From positions 12,152,001 through 12,216,000 of the forward strand of contig CDPCPM010000050.1 of assembly GCA_976551045.1 (NCBI GenBank): 64,000 nt of DNA. Direction: 5' to 3'. Of this stretch, positions 56,800 through 64,000 are shown in pieces. This DNA is from Glaucostegus cemiculus (lineage: Eukaryota). Each line of letters begins with the position of its first letter. Within the stretch, counting starts at the first letter, position 1. The position numbers were made by a program, and so were the translations under genes. The notes under the pieces were generated by a model that ran no database searches, was not told where the DNA came from, and saw nothing but the letters and a program-made list of their open reading frames with translations.

Positions 56800-59559
56800 C
56801 TGCAAATTTAGAAGCATCATATATTCATATTAATACATTTTTGGGGGCTATGACTCATCCTTGGAGGCCAATCCATCCAATGCTCCTGCATTGCTGTAAC
56901 TTTAAGTGCAGCATTATGCATTTTCCAAGAGGCAACTGACCTCCATTCTAGCAGCACAATGTGAATTCAGTGGAGAGGAGGAAAATAAGACTGGTTGCAT
57001 GGCTTCAATATTTCACCACATCAAACTCAATTTCTGAGAAAGGGAAGACCTAATAGAAAAGGCAAAAAGAACTTGCATTTCCATGTCTTTCACAACCACA
57101 GTATGCTGTAAATCACTTTACAACCACAAAGTACTTTTGGTGCAGTTACTGTTAAAATGCAAACAACACTATAATCAATTTGTACACAATATCTCACAAA
57201 CAACAATATTCAATAGATAATTAGTTTTAACAATGTTGTCAGGAGAGATAAGTATTCAATGGACACCGAGAACTAGCCTTGTTGTGCTGGGGGATTCTTT
57301 TATATTGACCTTGAAGGAAAAAGAAGAGTACCCTCCAGAAACTGCTCTGAAGTATTGCACATGCAATACATTTAAGTTTCTAAGTTCAACTTGAAAAGAC
57401 AATCATCGAGTGCTGCCATTGAGCTACAGCTGACTGAACTGACCAAAAAGCACACACCCTTGTTTTGAAGCTATTGCGATAAATGTGCTCACGTCCAAGT
57501 GAAATATTCAGCTACTCCTGACCCCACTATCAACTGTATTTTGTTCATCATCCAAGTCAATTCCTTCTTCCTGTCTTGGTCTTTCTCTGACACTTGAGGC
57601 CTTGCCTCTGCATTGCTGTGAACATCCCTGGGATATGTGCAGAAGCTGCCCAGCATAATTATCTCCTTCCTGGTGGAGGGCGTTGCCTAACTCTTGAACT
57701 AAATCAACAAATTAGAACATGGCTGATGATGAGTAACCTGTGCCAGGAATCTATCTCCTGTATTTAATGTGAATACAGATCATCCATGAAGGCGATAATC
57801 CTTAGTGATTGCTCGAAATGTTGAGCAATTCAGTACCAATGATACCAGTTTGGTAATTTCACTCAGCAATTGGCATCAGGAACAGGAATGTGCTGTTCCA
57901 GTGGGTGTGGTTATCTAAAGTTGTGATGCAGGCAGTGGCATAAGTGAAGTGGCCCTTGTAGTGAAAGGAATCGGCATCTCATTTTGGCATGTAAATACTC
58001 GAGGATAATGCAGACAAAATATGGTTTCACCTGCCAATGACATTATGTGCATATTTTCGTTTTGCCACTCCAGTTACAGGAAACTGACAAGTAGAAAAAA
58101 AGTGAGTAAAATTATCTACCATTAGTCCCCACACTATTACTATAGCATTATTTTTAAAAATCATCTTTAGGTAATGCTGAGAATACAATGTGTAATGTGA
58201 AACACAGAGTTAAAAATGCAGACAAGACTGAACAGTTACAAGGGAAGAAGAGACAATTTAAAAGTTCAGACAAGTGGACTGCTTTTGAAGAACACAGAAA
58301 TTATAATGACTGTATTGCTAAACACATTCTTCTCCCACATGGATGACAAACAGTTAACACAGTTTGATTCAAAATATTAAATCCCGTTTCTCTTTCCAAA
58401 GATACTACCACATCTGCTGAGCATTTCCAGAAATTTCCATTATATTTTAACATGCGTGATTATGCTTAGCTATGTCACCAGAGGGCAAGACAAGATTTAA
58501 AAGGGACTGGCGCTTTAAAAAGTGAACAACAAAAATCCCTGGGAAATGGAGTCACAGACAAACTTCCTCCAATGCTAAAATCTCTTATGAAACTGTATGA
58601 AAATTCTTTGTATTGAACCCAAGTCTGGGCAATGGCTAAGGATTTAAAGAATCACTGCCTCTTCAAAACGTACATTTAATGGAAAATTAAAAGCATGGGT
58701 TGGAACCTTAAATTACTTGCTCAAGAAAAAAAACAGAATGTGGTTATAAAAGAGAAAAACAAAAAAAAAACTAAACTGCTGCACTTGATTATGAAAGCAT
58801 GCTGGGAAGCTTAACTGAGTTTGAAAGTTATCACCATTTATTGCCTGCTGTGTTAGCCTTGGTAAAGCATTTTGATGTAATTTGAAGGACAGCAAAGACA
58901 GCAGTTTGTTTGATCCATGGAGAGAAAACTACAGGCAGTCTATTTTTCTATAAAGATAGATACAATATTAACCAGTGACAGTAAAGAAGCAGCACATCAA
59001 AGCAGATGTAAACAATGAATGAATGCCTCGAATATTCCAGAATTCATGATTTGACAATTGTTAGCTGAATAGCACTGCTATTAAGCATTGCTTTCTGTGG
59101 AAACAGTGTGTTTTAATCTCAATAAAATCAGCTATTTACAGGTTCAACTCTTAATTGACCTTTAAAGTAGTAACAAAAAGTTGTTCAAAATGTTAGTACA
59201 GAGCTATTTAAGATAATGTATTTTGTGAGAAGGACCCCCAAGCCCAACTCCACTTCCTCTTTGTGCAAGCTCTTAAGTTTGGCTCAGTCTACATTTGCCA
59301 ATCTTGACGTGCAAATGTCAAGCATACATTGGCCCCAGTTGAGGCTTCCAGTGGCCTCAAACCATAACTAGGGCTGTAGTCAAGCTTTTAAAATAGCAAA
59401 AATGGTGGTGGGGGGGAAAATTGATCTAAAAGACAACAAGATCAAAGCAACAGAGTAAAGAGGGAATTTTGAAACTGACAAACAGAATAAGGGGAGGGAA
59501 AGAGTTTAACAGTAAAAGTGCAAAGAAAAACACTGGTAATGGAAACTTATTGACAAACA

Positions 59560-61600
59560 CAACACATGCAGCTCTTCAGCATTGACAAGGTCATCCAGGT
59601 CCCAAACACTCAAAGCCCCAACCTCGCCAACAACTAAGGATTTTTCATGGACAGAGAGCCAGCCAATACATGCTGGAAGGAACACTTACTTCAAAGACTT
59701 TCTCAACCATGACTCTGTCTTGACTCTATCCCAAAACAGCCTATTCAATTCAGCCTTGCTGCAACTCCCTTCAGAAAAGTCATCCAAAAAAAGGCCACAT
59801 TCCAATTAAGGCGGCTTGCGAGCAGACAGTATCCCTGAAGCTTGGCAGTGAAGAGCTTCAGTCAAGAAATCATAATCTCACTGCCCACATTCAAGAGCAG
59901 GATGCTATACTCAAGCACCTTAGGGCTGCTGTAATCGTACACAACTTCAAAGTCAAGGTCGAGTTTATTTCCATATGCACAAGTACATGTATGTACAGGT
60001 CCAATTAATAACTTGCAGAAAAAGGGCACAGGCTAACTTTTTTTGTGAGAGGTCTCCATGCTGTCCGTCACAGAGAAAGTTATTGCCTGGGTCCTCAAAC
60101 TGCCTCTGTCCAGCAATCCTTAATTTGCAGTTGGATTCTTACCATCTAGAAGCACAGTGAATATGATTTTTACTGTATGGTAACACCAGGCAAGGTGCAT
60201 GGCCTTTACTGACCCCACTAAAGCTTTTAACTTGTCAACCAGAAGGGACTGTGGAGAATTCACCTCAGATTCAGCTACCGACAAAAATTCACCTCCAAAT
60301 TACATGCTGCATGATGGTGCAGAGACCATAATCCTAACCAATAGACCACAACAGCATCAATCTCCATGAAGACAAGTGTCAAACAAGGTTGCATCACAGT
60401 CCAAGCACTTCTTCCAATCGTTCTCACCACAATGCTGCAACTCGCTTCCAAGAAGCATCCTGCAGGAGTGCAACTCATCTCCACAACTAATGGGAAACTA
60501 TTTGACCTGCAGCAACTTCCTAGTACGGGTAAATGACAAAATAATCAAAGGAGAGCAAACATGATTGTGTCTTGCCCCAATGCTTTCTCAACTGCAAGGC
60601 TGCATCTGACCTCCATCAAACTTCCCACAGGAATAGAGTTGATCTTCAGAAACTGTTTAACCCACAGCAACTACACTTCAGAGCCAAGATCAAATCAACC
60701 TCAGCTGCAGACCACATGTTTGCACACAGGTGAAGGCCAAGCTCCCAGGCATGACCAACTCATGGACAGAGGTATGTAAAAAGATGGGACTTACAGTCAA
60801 AATCTTTGGGACGAGGGCCCCTCTCTAATCTGCCCCCATGGACAAAACTGGCCTCCAGTTAGAAAGATTCACATCAAGATCTTGAAAACCTGGACTTCTC
60901 ATTTCTTGGAAATTACATCTCAACAAGGGCAGAAAGTAATAATGAAATCTGCTATTGCCTTCAATGCGTCAATACAGCCTTCAATTAATTAAGGGGGATA
61001 CCTGAAGATCGGGACCTTAGATCTGGCACATAACTCCTGCCCTCCTATTTGCTTCCCAGACCTGAACTACCTGCTGCAAGCGCTAGAAAATTACCACCAA
61101 TTCTACCTCCATAAAATCCTTCAAATACACTGGAAGAATAAGCTAACCAAGAACAGTACCCTTTCCCAGACCAACATCCCCAGCGCTTGGGGCCCTAATT
61201 ATTGCCAATGTGCTTTGCTGGGGAATCCACACCATTCAAACGCCCGAAACAGAGCCTGGAACAGTGTCTCTAATGAGATCAGTAAGTGGAGAGAAAAGAT
61301 TCGAGGATGTACTCAAATTCCCATTAACTCTTGGGAATCCCTGCCACATGACAATTTGAAGTCAAAAGGAATATTCAGATCATACTGGGAACCTCAAGTC
61401 CATGCACTGGGAGAAAAGGAACCCAGCATAAATGGTAGAAGTAGTGCAACACTTCAAAAACTATCCAACCAGCTGCCATGTCGGGCACGTCCCACCCCAT
61501 CTGTAGAAATCCTGCAGTTCCACACTGGATTCAGTCACTTCAGAATCCATAAAACTGGAGTAGAAGCCAGTCTTCCTCAATCCCAAGGAACTGACTGAAA
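59560..61600 (+). mobile_element. RTE LINE, decayed RT and 3' region
   Basis: DPTKAF, gtcaaacaaggttgc (GVKQGC-like) and YHQ..L.KIL.IHW remnants. Confidence 0.62.
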
Positions 61601-62394
61601 TCAGCAAGCAAAGTCAAATCAAGGAAAAATGATAGAAATTTAAAATTAATGTCATATCTGAATGCACAGCACATTCATAACAAAACTCTGTGTCTTAATG
61701 ATTCTCTGATTCTGTAAAATAGAACTCACAGCACAAACAGAGATGAATTTGACCCAAGCCTATCAGAATCTGTATGCAAGGTGACCAAGGTTATGAATTA
61801 TATTTCCCAGAAAACCTGACTTTTAGGATGGACAAATAAAAGACAGTATCCTCAATAATAGAGGATGCCATAAAGTAGAGTGGAATGATCTTGGCTCAAA
61901 ACTAAAGGATGTACGCTCTGGATGGAGATAAGGAACAAGACAAAAATCAATGTTTGGTATTGCTTTCATTTGATCAGATCGTTAGTTATTAATAGAACAT
62001 CCGCATCACTGAGGAGACCAGCAGTTATTGCCCATCCCTAAAAAACCATACGAAAGTTGCTGCCTTGAAGTACTATTGCCCTGTTGAAAACATCTCCACA
62101 GGGTTATTATGAATGGATGTTACAGAATTTAATCCTTTTAGTGAAGGAGGAACAATAGGTTTTCACATTAAGATGGTGAAACTTGTAGGGAAAGCTGCAA
62201 TAGGTGCTTGTTGACATTGTCCTTCACGCTGCAGGTTACAGAGTTATCCTGAATGGTGTCATTGGACCTGCACAGGAAGAGTATTCCATCACATACCTGA
62301 CTCATGCCATATAAATGGTAGCAAAGTATAGTGAAGAGAAGAAAGGTGTCACCCACCACAGGATAGCCATCTTCTGACTCACTTGTGAAGTCAA

Positions 62395-63760
62395 AGTCAC
62401 AGAACACAGAGCTGTGCGGCTTAGAAACGGCCCCCTCGTCCATGCCAAACATGATGCTCATCTACAGTAATCCCAAAGAAGGGCCCTGACCCAAACGTTG
62501 ACCACCTGCTTTTCTCCACGGATGCTGCCTGGCCTGAGATCCCCCAGCATCATCGTGTTTTTCATTTACACTAACCATAGTGCCCGCATTAGGTCCATAT
62601 CCCTCTACTTTGTTCCTGTCCTGTTTAAATGCCTTTTAAATGCTGTCCCTACCACCTCCTCTAACAGCCTGTTCCACGTAACCACCAGCCTCTGTGTGGA
62701 AAAACTTGCCCCTCAGATCTCCTTTAACTTCCTCCTCTTTCACTTTAAACATGCTTTCCAGTTCTAGACTCCCGTATCCTTGGAAAAAGACCAATTATCT
62801 AACCTACCTATAGCCCTTATAGGTTTATAAACCTCAAGACCCTCAAAACCCCTCAGCCTCCTACACTCCAGTAAGAACAAACCCAGCCTACCCAATCGCT
62901 CCATGTAACGAAAGCCCTCCATTCCAGGCCACATCCTAGTGAATCTCTTCTGTACCCTTTTGAATACTACCACATCCTTCCTGTAGTGTGGCGACCAGAA
63001 CTGTACGCAATATTCCAAGTGCACAACAAATGTTTTGTACAGTTGCAACAAGACATTCCAACTTTTATACTCAGTGCCTTGGCCTGTTAAGACAAGCATG
63101 CCAAATGCCTTCTTCACTACCCTATCCACCAGTGTTGCCATTCAGGGAACCACGTACTTGGACCTCAAGGTCTCTTTTAGAGGTTTTTAGACACACGAGT
63201 ATGGAGGGATATGGAGGATACACAGGAGGAGGACATATTGTATAAATTAGCCTCAAGATTGGCACAACATTGTAGGCCGAATGGACTGTCCAGTGCTGGA
63301 CTGTTCTATGTCTCTCTGTATCAGCACTCCTAAGGTCCCAGCCATTTGCTGTATATGTCCTACAAGCATTTGATGTCCCAAAATGTACTATCTAACACTG
63401 TCTGAATTAAATTCCATATGCCATCACTCCACCCAATTTACCATCTGACCCATGTCCCTCTGTATCTTTAAATAACCTTCATGGTCTCAGACTACCAATT
63501 TTTCATGTCAGACCCCCTACATTCTAATCCAAGTCATTTGTATATGACAAGGAACAAAAGTCACAGCACCGATCCCTACAGTACACCTCTGGTTACAAAC
63601 TTCCAGTCAGAAAAGCAACCCTCCACCACTACCCTCTGCCTCCTATCACCAAGCCAGTTTTGCATTCAGTTTAACAGCATGCCACAGATCCCTTGTGCTT
63701 TAACCTTCTGAATCAGCATAATCCATCAAATCTCATCAAAAGATTTATGTGGTTCTGGTC
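62395..63760 (-). mobile_element. CR1 LINE RT/3' fragment with two nested insertions
   Basis: ORF 62764-63141 VVKKAFGML...HLEYCVQFWSPHYRKD..RVQKRFTRM; a Penelope tail at ~62475-62566 and a plus-strand CR1 tail at ~63178-63310 interrupt it. Confidence 0.85.
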
Positions 63761-64000
63761 AATGCTAACCCCAGGACGGTGATGATGGGGTAATCAATGA
63801 TGGTAATACCAAGGGTTGTTGGTTAACTTGGAAAACACAGATAATTGGACAAAGTCAGCATGGGTTTATGAAAGGGAAATCATTCCTAATAAATGTATTG
63901 GAATTGTGAGAATGTAATCAATATAGCAGGTAAGGGAGAACCATTGAGTGTGGTGTATTCAGATTTCCAAACAAGATCACACACAAGATTTTAGTGGGCA

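Noticed and set aside
56800-64000. Search for the FBXO21 F-box first exon
   Set aside because: No LP.E.L..I F-box-like exon or CpG island was seen; the region is mostly RTE/CR1 remnants, so exon 1 is probably outside the window.

Overview
Vertebrate genomic DNA, repeat-rich and intron-dominated. The repeat repertoire (V-SINEs, DeuSINE/SacSINE-like cores, CR1, Rex1/Babar, RTE and Penelope-like elements) points to a cartilaginous fish, probably a batoid; this is an inference. Two spliced genes lie tail-to-tail, and the ORF track largely misses them. (1) An 8-exon tescalcin/CHP3-like EF-hand gene on + (10594-37584, about 214 aa). As assembled, its exon 1 carries one extra base relative to exon 2. 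(2) Eleven coding exons of an FBXO21-like gene on - (56799-40118). Its F-box exon 1 was not found and probably lies beyond the window. The most notable non-genic signal is a family of more than 10 short Penelope-derived elements. Several copies carry a decayed minimal type I hammerhead ribozyme (stem I-CTGAnGA-stem II-GAAACGTY-stem I), some are fold-back hairpins, and two sit directly downstream of GIY-YIG endonuclease remnants. Also present: a 1.1 kb pure C/T minisatellite in TESC intron 1, a Tigger-type MITE, nested LINE insertions, a 128-bp direct repeat bracketing an FBXO21 exon, a strong CTCF motif and a 181-N gap. Exon coordinates were read base by base; repeat boundaries are approximate.
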